Under the pieces are notes generated by a model. It did not search any database. It saw only the letters and a list, made by a program, of their open reading frames with translations, and was not told the origin of the DNA. From positions 11,620,116 through 11,684,115 of the forward strand of contig JASCQW010000122.1 of assembly GCA_030264375.1 (NCBI GenBank): a DNA stretch of 64,000 bases. Direction: 5' to 3'. Source of the stretch: Carcharhinus longimanus (taxonomy: Eukaryota). Positions 50,660 through 63,457 of the stretch are shown here, piece by piece. A program made the translations under genes and the position numbers. The stretch's first letter is position 1. The number at the start of each line of letters is the position of its first letter.

Positions 50660-53600
50660 GCAGCTGCGTAGGTTTTTCACTGCAAGCGGGGAATCTCGAG
50701 CTGCCTCAAAGATCCATGCTGGGTCTACACATTGGAAAGCAAGGGACTTCCACACAGATGGGTTTATAGGACTCCCAGTATTATCTCAAGTAGGCGCCTC
50801 TTTCCAGTGTGCCTCTCCCCACTGTGGTAGCCTGCAGCACATGCCTGATGCATCTGTGAGGCACTGTACACTCTCTGAATGAGTGTTGTTCAGCTGTGGT
50901 TTGGGCTGTCCTACCCCAACGGTCTTGAAGGGCACTCCTAGTGGATAGCACACTCCATTCCATCATGGTTAAGGCTCAGGGACTAACAGCAAATAAGTTG
51001 TTTAAAGCTTTAAACTCATAAGCACTGCCAAATAATTCTTTCTTCTGTTATAAACGTTAACAATCAAACGTGTGAAGGCAGCCCTGAAAATGCAATTGAA
51101 AAAGTTTTTAAGGCATAGACAGAGGATTTAAAAGTTGAAATGCATGAGTGCACATACCCTTTTAATGTATATTCTAGTTAACTAGTTATATAAAATTACA
51201 ACTGATCAAAGAGGAATGTAACAAGCGTTACTCTGGATGTTTGGTTTATTATTTTGAGTAGTGATAGGACTATCCAGATACACACTATCAAAAATGCCAT
51301 TGGCTCAGGGACAGCTCTCCCACAGATTTACCATTTCCACTCTTGACTTCGCTTCACAAAAGATCTGTTAATTTGCTTAGCACTCCCACCCACAGATTCT
51401 GACTTCTAATTGATGGAAAAATCACAAAGGCTGCAAATCAAGTGTGTAAACCTCAGCAAAGATCTCTTCACCATTAGTTTGTCAGAATTTAAATGAAAAC
51501 CAAAAAAAGTTGAAGAGACAATCAGGAGAAAGTTCATGCTCTCTCTGCTTTAACTTATTAAGTGGTTCTCTATTAACATTTAATGTAAAAACTGTTGAAA
51601 ATAAATGTTGAAGAAATATTGCTGGATAATGATGACCACCTGATGCAGCTCTGGTGATTAGGGAGTCCTCCATCCTGAAAAGTACACGGGAGAAATGCAC
51701 ATCATGTGCAAGAGATACTTGAATATTTTGTCGTGTGTGGACTAGATTTCTCCTCCAGTTTTTGCATTGTTTTTCAACACATTGTGCAAATGATTGGAGA
51801 AGTATTCCCATGCACTGCTTTACAACTGCTGAATGACTGTCAGGGAGTGTAACTGCGTAACTCATTAATTTATTTTTAATGAGAGATTCTCCCTCACTCT
51901 AAACTCCCTTGAAGTAGAAACTAGATTTTGTAGCAAGGGCTTCCTTTTGGTGAGGGCTTCCGGGTGTATCAAGTCATGAGCTTGACTTTGCAGAGTATAA
52001 CAATGCACTTCAAAGGCTAAACTCACCGAAGGAATCGATTCCAAATGACAGCATGTGCTTTTTTATAAAAATCACCCTTTGGATGCCAGGCATCACTGCC
52101 AAGGCTGGTATTTATTGTCTGCCCCTAGTTGCCTTGAGCGAGCTTGCTAAGCCCCCATCAGAAGGGCAATTGATACTAAAGAGTACAATGCCTGGTATAT
52201 TCTGCTTTAACAGGGTTTACTAGAACAACTCTGAAGGGTTGTAATGAATGTTGAAACTGTCACTTATAAATCCATTTAATGAAAAATGTCTGTTAGTAGA
52301 ACTAATTAATGTATATTCTGGTTAACTTGATCAAAGGGTGATATTCCTGTTTGTTTACTATTTTATGCAGTGTTAGAATTATTTAGATATGGACCATCAA
52401 AAATGCCATTGGCTCAGGGATGCTCCATCACAGATTCTTGCTCCATTCTGTTTTGGACAGTTCTGGGTTACCACTCCGAACTTCCTTGCATCGGAAACTA
52501 TAGACAGTTTTCGGGAAACATGAACAGAGACCTCCAAGAGCTGCCAGTCAAAATGCCATGTACTGCTGCTTTAGCTTAATGAATTATTGCTTTGCCATGA
52601 TATAAATCCATGTCTACTTTGTCCCATTTGAGTTTATATTTTGGAAGTGTCCTGTCATTTATTTGATACAATGGTGTGTAGTAAAGACCTTTATGTGATT
52701 ATATATGTTGCAGTGTGGAGTCATTCTCTGAATATATGGAAAATAAATCCAATTTTAAAATTGATAGCACTTACGTCCGTTCCCTTATCACTTTTCCTCC
52801 TTTCCTGAAGTTGGTGATTTATAATGAAATAGAATCCCAATTGCAGTAGCATTTCTGATTCATTTAGGGAAGGAAATCTGGTCCCCAGAGCCACAACAAT
52901 GTGGTTAACTCTCAGCTGCCCTTGGTTAACTAGGAATGTGAAATAAATGCTGGCCAGCCAGCGACACCCATACATGACTTAAAAAAAGCAGCCCTTCTAG
53001 CACTAGCTGGGCATTCTTCAGGTAGAAGAGTTTAAGGCAAGGGTTGAACATCATCAGAAGAACCGAGTTCAAGGCAATATGTAGTGCTGGAGCCTGCCCG
53101 GTCCACAATCCATTGCCTCACTGGTTGCCAGGTGGAGATGTATTACTTCAGAAGCAACCTATTGGAACCTCCTGTGATCATGTTAGTTTATCTCCCTGTT
53201 ATGGAAGCTTGTATTGTTGCTGGTATTGGTAGCAGTTGCAGAGTTGATGAACTGTAAGATGTTCTCGCAACTGACCTTGAGTATTAGGGCAGATTACTGC
53301 CCAGAAGAAATTATTGCTGCATCGATTTATTTGCCGCCACACTAGACAGAACCAGAGTGTTAATTCAAAATTCTTCATTCTCATGGTATTAATTTTTTAT
53401 ATCTCTTGGACTAAGCAATTTAGGCAGTCTGAATAGTTAGAATATTCTGTGGCAAGGATCCAAGCTGCTGACTGAGCAACAGGTAGCAAAACAGAAGTTT
53501 GAATATACTCCCCTTGACGTCTCTATGTTCCAAGTGTGTTACATCCTCCCACATATACTGAATACCTTCTGTGTAGATTAACCTGCAGCAGGCACCTTTG

Positions 53601-54489
53601 GTACAGAGTTTATGGTACTGTTTAATCACACAGTAGCCATCCCTACAGTACTTCTGTATTCTTCAATTTTGTGAAGGATTTATAAATTTATATGCCTGGC
53701 AACAGCGTGTGCCCATTGCCATTCAGCTCCTGGTATTTTTCAGGGAAGCTTGGGTTGCATGATCTTCTTTGGGCTAATTGAAGCCAATTAATGGTGACTT
53801 AAGGACCTCCTGCTGCTGCCACTGACTCCTGCTGACCTTGTGTGGAAGGGGAAGGGGGTTCCTCCTGTACAGGCACCTTTTGATCCATCCCCCTTGTACC
53901 ATCCCAACAGCAGCCTCCCACTGGCTCCCCATCTTCCTAGCCCTGGCAAAACTGGTAAGATTTAAGAACATAAGAACACTCACCTTAATATCCTGCTCCA
54001 GTGGCAGATATCATTGAAGACTGGCTGCCATCCCAGCCATGGCTACTGCTCCCCATGGTGCTGCTGGAACTGGTGAGCTGCCAACCATTTGATTGGCCAC
54101 CAGCTTTCAAAAGTGGGGTCTTCCCCCTCCCCCAGCCCATCCCGAGATGGAAGCACAAGTCTAGAGCCAACTAATGGGCCCAATTCCAGTTTATTGGGCA
54201 AATGCTTTATGTCGTCTCTAGAATGGAAATGATCCTACTGGGTAAGTGCATGGATGTCACTCATTGAATGAAGGAAAATGTGTAACTTGGGGGACAAGTC
54301 CAAACAATGTGTTGTAATGTAAAATACAGCACAGCAACTGGCATTAAAATGCATTAGTAGGATATTGGTTTATTTTTGAAAGTGTTTCATCTCATATACT
54401 TGATAAGACAGTGAATGACATTCAGTGACCTTATCAGATAACTACATCATAATGATAGAAAGCAAAGCTCAACTTCTGCCTAAAAAGGG

Positions 54490-55260
54490 AAACTTAATCT
54501 TCTCGTGACCTCACGATGCTCAAAAATGCTTTACAGCCAGTGAATTAAGGGCGGCATGGTGGTTAGCATTGCTGCCTTAGTGTCAGGGACCTAGGTCCAA
54601 TTTGCAGCTTGGGTCATTGTCTGTGCTAGTTTACACATTCTCCCCATGTCTGTGTGGGTTTTCTCTGATGCTCCGGTTTCCTCCCACACTCCAAAGATGT
54701 GTGGGTTAGGCAGATTGGCCATGCTAAATTGCCCGTTAGCGTCAGGGTAACTAGCTAGGGTAAATGCAAGGGGTGACGGGTATAGGGCNNNNNNNNNNNN
54801 NNNNNNNNNNNNNNNNNNNNNNNNNNNNNNNNNNNNNNNNNNNNNNNNNNNNNNNNNNNNNNNNNNNNNNNNNNNNNNNNNNNNNNNNCCCGTTAGCGTC
54901 AGGGGAACTAGCTAGGGTAAATGCAAGGGGTGACGGGTATAGGGCCGGGGTGGAAGTGTGATCGGTGCAGACTTGATGGGCCAAATGGCCGTCTCGCATT
55001 GTAGGATTCTATGATTCTATAAGACAGTTTTAAATTGTCACCACGGCTGTAATGTGGCAGCCAATAAATACACAGCTAGGCTCCACCAGCAACAATCTGA
55101 TTTAAAAACTATTTGTAAAATCCCAGACCAGGACACTTTGCACTTCTTCGAGATAATGATATGAGATTTTTTTTAAAAGTTCACCTTCAGAGGTCAAACT
55201 GAGCCTTGCTTTAACATCTCATTCAAAAAAATCCAACACCTGTGAGGGTACAGTGTGGAC
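54490..55260 (-). mobile_element. Deu-domain SINE interrupted by a plus-strand HE1-like SINE (54549..55020)
   Basis: gctttacagccagtgaa|HE1|...ggcagccaa...ccaggacac...tttaacatctcatt. Confidence 0.72.
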
Positions 55261-55814
55261 TATGTACCGCACATCAATTGTTTTCAGCACATCTTGATGC
55301 ATGAGCGAAATTGATCATATACGGTATGTCCTGACCTTGTACTTCTGGGCTCAAAACAAATATTTAGTCGGCTTTCTATAAATGCTGGTGGCAAGGATCA
55401 GAACAGTGCAGAGTCTGATCAAACCAACAAGAGAGAGGAGGCTGTTAAATAGAGCTGAAAAGGTCAGTGTTTGGACACACTTCATTCCCTGTTCCTTAAA
55501 CACAGCCCGCTTCCACCAACAGTCAGTCAGTCAGCAAGGATTGTACCCCTATTTTAAATCATAGTGCTAATGGGTTTTCAGTAGGGATAAAGAGGCCTTG
55601 TGGCGCAGTAGCATCACTGCCTCTGCACCAGAAACTCCAGGATTGAGTCCCACCCCAAGACTATATGGCCAAGGAAGATGCGTTCGTTAACCACAGTCAG
55701 TGTGTCAACCTGTATATCCTTCCAAACAACTCAATGGCTGGCAGTATGAGAGGGAGAAACTCCTGGTTAGCCATGCTTGATGCGGAGTGATGTCCCTCAA
55801 GTTATATGAAAAGG

Positions 55815-56745
55815 TAAAGTTGCATTGTCCAGATGACCATAGGCTGACTAGTGGTGATTTTAACCTGAGGACCACGACACCTCAGGCAAGGGGCAAGGTT
55901 GAGAAAGCGGGGCCTTAATGAATAACCTCAGCTCGTACCCGGAATGAAAAGCTTGATGTACGAGAAGCACCTGAGGACACTGAGTCTGTACTTGACAGAG
56001 TGTAGTAAGGATGAGGGGCGATCTCATTGAAACTTACAGAACAGTGGAAGATCTGGATAGCGTGGAGATGTTTCCATTAGTAGAAGAGACTAGGATCCGA
56101 GAGCACAGCCTCAGAGAAAAGTAACGTTTTTAAAATTTTATTTATTAGTCATAAGTAAGGCTTACACTAACACTGCAATGAAGTTACTGTGAAATTCCCC
56201 TAGTCGCCACATCTGGTGCCTGTTAAGGTCAATGGACCTAACCAGCACATTTTTCAGAATGTGGGAGGCAACTGGAGCACCTGGAGGAAACCCATGCAGA
56301 CATAGGAAGAACATGCAAACTCCACACAGACAGTGACCCAAGCCAGGAATCGAACCCAGATCCCTGGTGCTGTGAAGCAGCAGTACTAACCACTGTCCTG
56401 GGATAAACCTTTAGAACTGAAATGAAGAGGAAGTTCTTCAGCTGTAGGGTGGTGAATCTATAACATTCATCGCCACAGAAGGCTGTGGAGGCCAGGTCAC
56501 TGAGTGCATTTAAGACAGAGATAGATAGGTTCTTGATTGGTATCGGGATGAAGAATTACGGGGAAAAAGCGGGAGAATGGGATTGAGAAACTTGTCAGCC
56601 ATGATTGAATGGTGGAACAGAGCCAATGGGCCGAATAGTCTAATTCTGCTCCTAAATCTTATGGTTTTATGGTATGGCAACTGAACTCGTGCTGTTGGGA
56701 TCACTCTATCACTATAGAATCAGCCATCCAGCCAACTGAGCTAAA
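55815..56745 (-). mobile_element. tRNA-derived SINE (fourth family) split by CR1 (about 55945..56670, +), itself split by an HE1 variant (56125..56396, -)
   Basis: SINE head ttagctcagttggctggatggctg at 56745 and body ...cctcaggttaaaatcaccac...cctatggtcatctgg at 55825; fragment of the same family at 2120..2225. Confidence 0.7.
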
Positions 56746-58579
56746 TAATTACNNNNNNNNNNNNNNNNNNNNNNNNNNNNNNNNNNNNNNNNNNNNNNNN
56801 NNNNNNNNNNNNNNNNNNNNNNNNNNNNNNNNNNNNNNNNNNNNNNNNNNNNNNNNNNNNNNNNNNNNNNNNNNNNNNNNNNNNNNNNNNNNNNNNNNNN
56901 NNNNNNNNNNNNNNNNNNNNNNNNNNNNNNNNNNNNNNNNNNNNNNNNNNNNNNNNNNNNNNNNNNNNNNNNNNNNNNNNNNNNNNNNNNNNNNNNNNNN
57001 NNNNNNNNNNNNNNNNNNNNNNNNNNNNNNNNNNNNNNNNNNNNNNNNNNNNNNNNNNNNNNNNNNNNNNNNNNNNNNNNNNNNNNNNNNNNNNNNNNNN
57101 NNNNNNNNNNNNNNNNNNNNNNNNNNNNNNNNNNNNNNNNNNNNNNNNNNNNNNNNNNNNNNNNNNNNNNNNNNNNNNNNNNNNNNNNNNNNNNNNNNNN
57201 NNNNNNNNNNNNNNNNNNNNNNNNNNNNNNNNNNNNNNNNNNNNNNNNNNNNNNNNNNNNNNNNNNNNNNNNNNNNNNNNNNNNNNNNNNNNNNNNNNNN
57301 NNNNNNNNNNNNNNNNNNNNNNNNNNNNNNNNNNNNCGAAATTGAACCTGGGTCCCTGGTGCTGTGAGGCAGCAGTGCTAACCACTGTGCTATGCCCCTA
57401 AATTCTCCCTCAGTGTATCCGAACAGGCGCTGGAGTGTGGCGACTTCATTGCAGTGTTAAGCCTACCTGTGACACTAATAAATAAACTTTAAAAAAATTA
57501 AGTAAGGAATCCTGGCATAAATTTGTTAAAGGCCAGTTCTGGTTAATTAACTGAATCGAGTTATTTTGCTGAGGCTTATATAGTTAATGTGGTGTACATG
57601 GATTTCCAAAAGACTCTATTTCATGGGATTTCTCTGGGTTTTTCTGGTACGCAATCTAATAATAATGCCTCAGGCTTATAATGCCAATGTAGTATTTTTC
57701 CCCAACGCTGATTCCAATATGAGAGGGATGGATGGGGACTGCAGCATAGAAATGGGCCACTTGGCACAGTGGGCCAATATTTAAGCTCCACATTCTAATT
57801 CAGCTAAGCTTATCAGCATAATCTTCTATTCTGTCCTCTCTCATGTGCTTATCTGACTTTCCCTTAATATTCTTAGCTTTGTAGTTACATCACATTCACA
57901 GTGCTTTGAGCTACATCTTGAAGAAATAATGTGAGTGGCTGTGGAGTAATTGGTTTCTCAAGGCCCAGGTCTTCCTGCCCATTTTTTCTAAATGTACTGG
58001 ATGGAAGCAGAAGGAATGTGTTTGGGAGTTTGTCATCCTCCAAGGGCTTTGTTTCCACAACACAATTATATGTGAAACACATGCAGAATATGAGAGGGTG
58101 GTGAATGTGTGGAATTCACTACCACAGAAAGTAGTTGAGGCCAAAACGGTGTCTGATTTCAAGAAGAAATTAGCTACAACTTTTGGGGCTAAAGGGGTCA
58201 AGGGACAGGGTGGATCTGGATATTGAATTTGATGATTAACCATGATCATTATGAATGGGCAACAGGCTTGAAGGGCCGAATGACCTTCTCCTGTTTCTAG
58301 TTTCTATGTTTCTAGTTACTATGTTTAATATATAACTATTGCCAATTAAATGACATCCACATACAAAAAAGATATTTAAATACAGGATCCACGTAACTAA
58401 ATAGCAGAACCCTCTTCCCTTTTTATGTAGTCTTCCTTCAAATGTTAAGATCTCAATGATTGGTCATATTCTTTGGAGACGATCAGGTTGAACTGCTGCC
58501 ATTGATTGTTCTGTCATTGTTTCCTTAGCTTCTTTTAAACTTGAGCTTGCTGCATTTTCCCAGGAAGGACTTCCTGGAA

Positions 58580-58600
58580 TCACATTCTTCGTGGTGGAAC
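58580..58600 (-). CDS. Candidate terminal exon of the convergent gene (VPPRRM*)
   Basis: Modest acceptor tggtttggcag; completes EIYD|VP across the junction; ATTAAA on the minus strand at 58324..58329. Confidence 0.35.
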   Translation of the reverse strand, partial: VPPRRM

Positions 58601-59799
58601 CTGCCAAACCATAAACACTGTCATTTTCTAAAAACTTCATGACAATTCCACGTTACACAATGAAAACACCAATATCTTCAAGATCCCTTCCAAGTCAATA
58701 ATGGAACGGTATTGCCATTTCTTCACTAATGCTGGTTCAAAACCTGGGAACTCCCTTTCCAACAGCACTATGGCCAAAACTACACCACGTGGCTCACAGT
58801 GGTGAAAAGAGATGGCTCAACCCCCACTGTCTCAGGGGAAATTAGGGCTGGGCAACAAATGTTGACCTAGCCAACAATGCTCACTGCCCACGAAAGGATA
58901 AAGAAACATTTCAGCATCTTATACAGAACAAGTATACAGCTCAGTGATGGGGTTGGGGAGGTGGAGAAAGAGCACTAGCAAAGGGAAAAGATAGAGAAAA
59001 CAGTTTTATGTAGCGAGTCGCTACAATCTGGGATTTGCTACTTGAAATTGAATGTAAATTCAATAATAATTTCCAAAAGGGAATTGAATGAAGACTCGCA
59101 GGGAAATAATTTGCTGAAGTATGCAGAAAGAGCAGGGAGGTGGGACTGATTTGAATAGCTCTTTCAAAAGCCATCCCACAGGCGAGGGGCTGAATGGCCT
59201 TCCCCTGTGTTGTATCATTCTCTGATGGTTCCCCTATGCTTGTGGCAAAACAGTACAGATGAGTATAAGAAAAGCATTTATGACCTTGCCACAATCAACA
59301 AATGAAGGAAATTGTCTCCCAGTTGGAAAAACAGGGCAAAAACCAAAAGAGAAAATGTTGGAAAATCTCAGCAGGCCGGACAACACAAGTAAAGAGAGAA
59401 ACAAGCTGATGTTTTGAGTCCAGGTGACCCTTTGGAAAACAGGGCAGTCAGTTCCAAAATGTATGGGAACACTTGCAGTTTATCAGTTAATACAGGTTAA
59501 CTCTTACATGTGTCTAAAGGATGATATGTATAATCCAGACCAATTAAATGATTGAATAAAGAAGACAGGACAGAAATAAAAATCGAGAAATATTGATGTA
59601 GCTAACAGCTGGAAAGTTCCCATCCTGCCCACCATGGGAATTGTAGTGGGCGGAACAAAAAATTTGATGGACTATTTAAAGGTCCATTGACCTTGGGCGG
59701 GATTTTCCAGTCTTGGGGGTAAGGATGGCCAGAAAATCCCACTCAATGTGTCAATTATGTGATTCTGAATGGCATGCCAGCAGATGAAGACCACACCAT

Positions 59800-60258
59800 A
59801 GATTGATTCCAGAGATGAGGGGTTTGTCGTATAAAGAGAGATTGAACAGCTTAGGCGTATACTCTCTGGAATTTAGAAGAATGAGGGGAGATCAAATTGA
59901 GGTATTCAAGATGATAAAAGGCATGGATAAAGTCGACGTGGGGCAAATGCTTCCTCTTATGGGGCATTCTAGGACAAGAGGTCACAGTCTCAGAATAAGG
60001 AGTAGCAAATTTAAAACAGAGTTGAGGAGAAACTACTTTTCCCAAAGGATTGTGAATTTGTGGAATTCAGTACCCCAAAGTGCCATGGATGTGAGGCAGT
60101 TTAAGGAGGAGTTAAACAGATTTTTAATTGGTAATGGGTTGAAGGATTATGGGGAGAAGACAGGAAAATGGGGATGAGGACCAAATCAGCCATGATTGAA
60201 TGGCAGAGTGGAATCGATGGGCCAAATGGCCTAAGTCTGCTCCTGTATCTTATGATAT
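59800..60258 (+). mobile_element. CR1 3' end
   Basis: LSYKERLNSLGVYSLEFRRMRGDQIEVFKM...RNYFSQRIVNLWNS. Confidence 0.9.
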
Positions 60259-60950
60259 AGAAGGCTAAATTCAATATGTCTTAACACTCAACATATAATA
60301 ACCTTTGATGGAGAAAATACAAATTTCGGCGCTCCACCTAGAAGGCTAATATGCCTCATCCTAAAAGTTGTTCAGTTAATTCAATTCCTAGATGTTATTT
60401 TCAATTCCTTCCATCCGTATATCCCTTGTCAAATCTATCAGTAGAATCAGTAGTATAGAGCTCAGCAAAAGTTAAACCATAAATCATTGATTATTGATGT
60501 CAGATTTTGAACTGAAGGATAAATTGGACATTCCTGGAGCTGAGGATTAAACAAAAATCAGACATCAGGTGGTCAATGCGATCTGGAAATCAACAGAGAA
60601 AACCTATCCAAAATTCATGTCAGGGTAACCCAATCTCAGTCATGTACTGGGATTTCAGTGAATGTTTTCTTTTAAATTACAAGTTGCTTTGGATCAAGCA
60701 AAACCTGACTTAAAGTACTTGGGCTTTCACCTCACATCGATTTAATCGGAATTATATTAGAGCTCTGTCTCTCTTTCTGCATAAAACCCTCTGGAATTTT
60801 CCCTATGGACTTAATAAATGATGAAATGTAATGAATAAAGAGTTGTAATTATGACTAGGTTCAGCCAACCAGTACGCATCTAAACTGTTTCTTTCCAATT
60901 CACTGGGACGGTAGTATTACATATTTAACATAGACTTAGAGAAGACTCAC

Positions 60951-61048
60951 ATCATAGATTTCATCTGGGTCTGTTTCGACTGGAGTGCTGGGTATATTTA
61001 AGCGGAGAGAAGCAGGAACTGCGTATGTCGAATCCAAAGATACATTAT
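60951..61048 (-). CDS. Exon of unidentified convergent gene (DNVSLDSTYAVPASLRLNIPSTPVETDPDEIYD)
   Basis: Minus strand tttctgtttatttacatgcag|...|gtgagt; 98 nt; only one open frame (phase 1 to 0). Confidence 0.62.
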
Positions 61049-61499
61049 CTGCATGTAAATAAACAGAAAGCATCAGACCATAAGAAATGCCCCTGAAGAA
61101 ATTACTATAGCATTTATTAGTTCAAAAAAGCAATTTAAAGAAAACTAATGAAATATTGCCTTTTTGAAGCAAGGGGATTAGAATGTAATGGTGTGAGCTA
61201 CATCACTGCATGTCCATCATCTTATGTTGTTGGAACGATGACAGGGATGTTATACAAGGGTTTGGTTCGAATCCATTTAGGAAACTGCACCACATCTCTG
61301 GAAGGACATAATGGCCTAGTTAGGGGGGTGTAGCAGATTCACCAGAATGATACCACATTTTAAAGAATCAGATTATTTTTTATTCATTTGTGGGACATGA
61401 GCGTCACTAGACGCAAGTCCTCACATCAAGGAAATCTGGATGTTTTATGTCCTATTTGCTTGGATATTTAGTCATCCCTCTTGGACTTACAATGAGTTT

Positions 61500-62945
61500 T
61501 AGCTTCACAAGAAGCCAGAGTTGGACACCAGGCCTTTCAATCCTGTCCTGCCACTCAATACCATCATGGCTGATCTATGCCTCTGCTCCTTTTCGGTGTC
61601 ATTTCCCCATAACCCCGCTATGTCTCAATCTATCAAATATTTATCCACCTCCACTTTAAATGCTTCTAATAATCCAGTCTCCACCACCTTTTGGGACAGA
61701 GAATTCCAGAGATTCACCACGCTCTGCGAAAGAAATCTCTATGCACCTCAGTTTGAAATGACAGGCCCTTTATCTTGTTGCTCTGCCCCGTTGTTCAAGA
61801 CTCTCCCACTAGTGAAAACATCTCACCATAACACCATAAAATCATAAGACATAGGGGCAGAATTAGGCCACTCAATCCATCAACTCTGCTCCATCATTCA
61901 ATCATGGCTGATATTTTTCTCATCCTCAAACTCCTGCCTTTTTCTCATAACCCCTGATTTCCTTATTAATCAAGAACCTTTCTATCTCTGTCTGAAAGAC
62001 ACCCAATGACCCGTCCCNNNNNNNNNNNNNNNNNNNNNNNCTGGCTGAAGAAATTCCTCCTCATCTCTGTTTTAAAGGATCGTTCCTTTAGCCTGAGGTT
62101 GTGCCCTCTGGTTCTAGATTTTTCTACTAGTGAAAACATCCTCTGCATGTCTACTCAATCCGGACCTCACAGTATCGTGTAAGTTTTAATATGATCCCCT
62201 CTCATCCTTCTAAACTCCAACAATTACAGACCCAGAGTCCTCAACTGTTCCTCATGCAACAAGCTCTTCATTCCAGGGATCATTCTTTTAAACCTTCTCT
62301 GGATCCTTTCCAAGGCCAGCACATTCTTCCTTAGATACGGAACCGAAAAATGTTCAAGATACAAGTGGGATCAGGACAAAACCTTATACAGCCTCAGAAG
62401 TACATTCCTGCTCTTGTATTGAAGCCCTCTCGCCATGACCATCTACCCTGTCAGGCCCCCTTTTCTAAACTCCAAGGAGTACAAACCAAGACTATTTATT
62501 CTCTCTTGATAGGACAACTCTCTCATTCCAGAAATTAGCCTGGTGAATTTTTTTCAGACTGCCTTCAATGTTACTGTATCTTTTTTAAGGTAAGGGGACC
62601 AAAACTGTATGCAGTATTCCAGATGAGGCATCACCAACACCCCATACAATTGCAATAAAATTTCCTTATCTTTAAACTCCAACCACTTTCCAATAAAGGC
62701 CAAAATGCCGTTTGCCTTCTTAACTACATATTGGACCTGTCTGCTAGCTTTTTGTGATTCATGCCCTAGAACGCCCAGATCCCTCTGTATTTCACTCACC
62801 TGCAGTCTCTCTCCATTTAGATAATAATCTGCCTTTGGATTTCTTCCACTAAAGCAAATGACCTCACACTTCCCCACATTTAACTCCATTTGCCAGGTTT
62901 CCACTCAGTCACCCAATCTATCTATATCCCATTGTAGGATCACAA
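61500..62945 (-). mobile_element. Cluster of nested CR1 3' fragments
   Basis: WQMELNVGKCEV...PHLEYCIQFWSPYL; RTRGHNLRLK...RRNFFSQ; two tails near 61510 and 61835. Confidence 0.85.
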
Positions 62946-63113
62946 TAACCTCATCACCAGCTGCCCTCCCACCTACCTTCATAGAAGGGAGCCTTGGGGC
63001 AAATCTTCACTTTGATCCAATGATGGAGAATGAAGCCATCCTGAAGAAACAAATCTAAGATCTAATTTCAAGAATTGTGTTGGTATTTTTACTGAGGACA
63101 TGGTCTTTCTTAC

Positions 63114-63220
63114 CTATTTCTTTGACGGATGGCCAGGGCTTTGGCACAATATATGGCTGCGAAAGGTTACTGGTGTATTTCTGGCTTACATTTATACGGT
63201 GCGCGTGGTATTGATGATTC
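63114..63220 (-). CDS. Exon of unidentified convergent gene (NHQYHAHRINVSQKYTSNLSQPYIVPKPWPSVKEI)
   Basis: Minus strand ttccacatag|...|gtaaga; 107 nt; open frame phase 2 to phase 1, joining in frame to 60951..61048; not repeat-like. Confidence 0.6.
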
Positions 63221-63424
63221 CTATGTGGAACAAACAGAACAAGTGTCAAAACCAATAGTAATTAAACTACCAGATGTCTGCTTTTCCTCGAGAGTGTAAA
63301 GTCTCTGATTGAGAGCTCGGAGAAAACATGAACTACCAGTGAAACTGATTAATGTTTTATAGTCTTTGTTTGTGTAGTATGTTTTTAAAATGATCCAACG
63401 TTCAACAGGTCTGCTGCTTCCTAC

Positions 63425-63457
63425 CTAATCTGATAAAAGGACAGTGGATTTTGGAAC
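63425..63457 (-). CDS. Candidate 33-nt exon of the convergent gene (FQNPLSFYQIR)
   Basis: Minus strand tttctccccagttctttgcag|...AG|gtagga; phase 2 to 2, compatible with 63114..63220. Confidence 0.4.
   Translation of the reverse strand, partial: VPKSTVLLSD

Noticed and set aside
53276-53341. 66-nt minus-strand exon-like segment (WRQINRCSNNFFWAVICPNTQ)
   Set aside because: Decent splice sites but no recognisable homology and no supported link to other exons.
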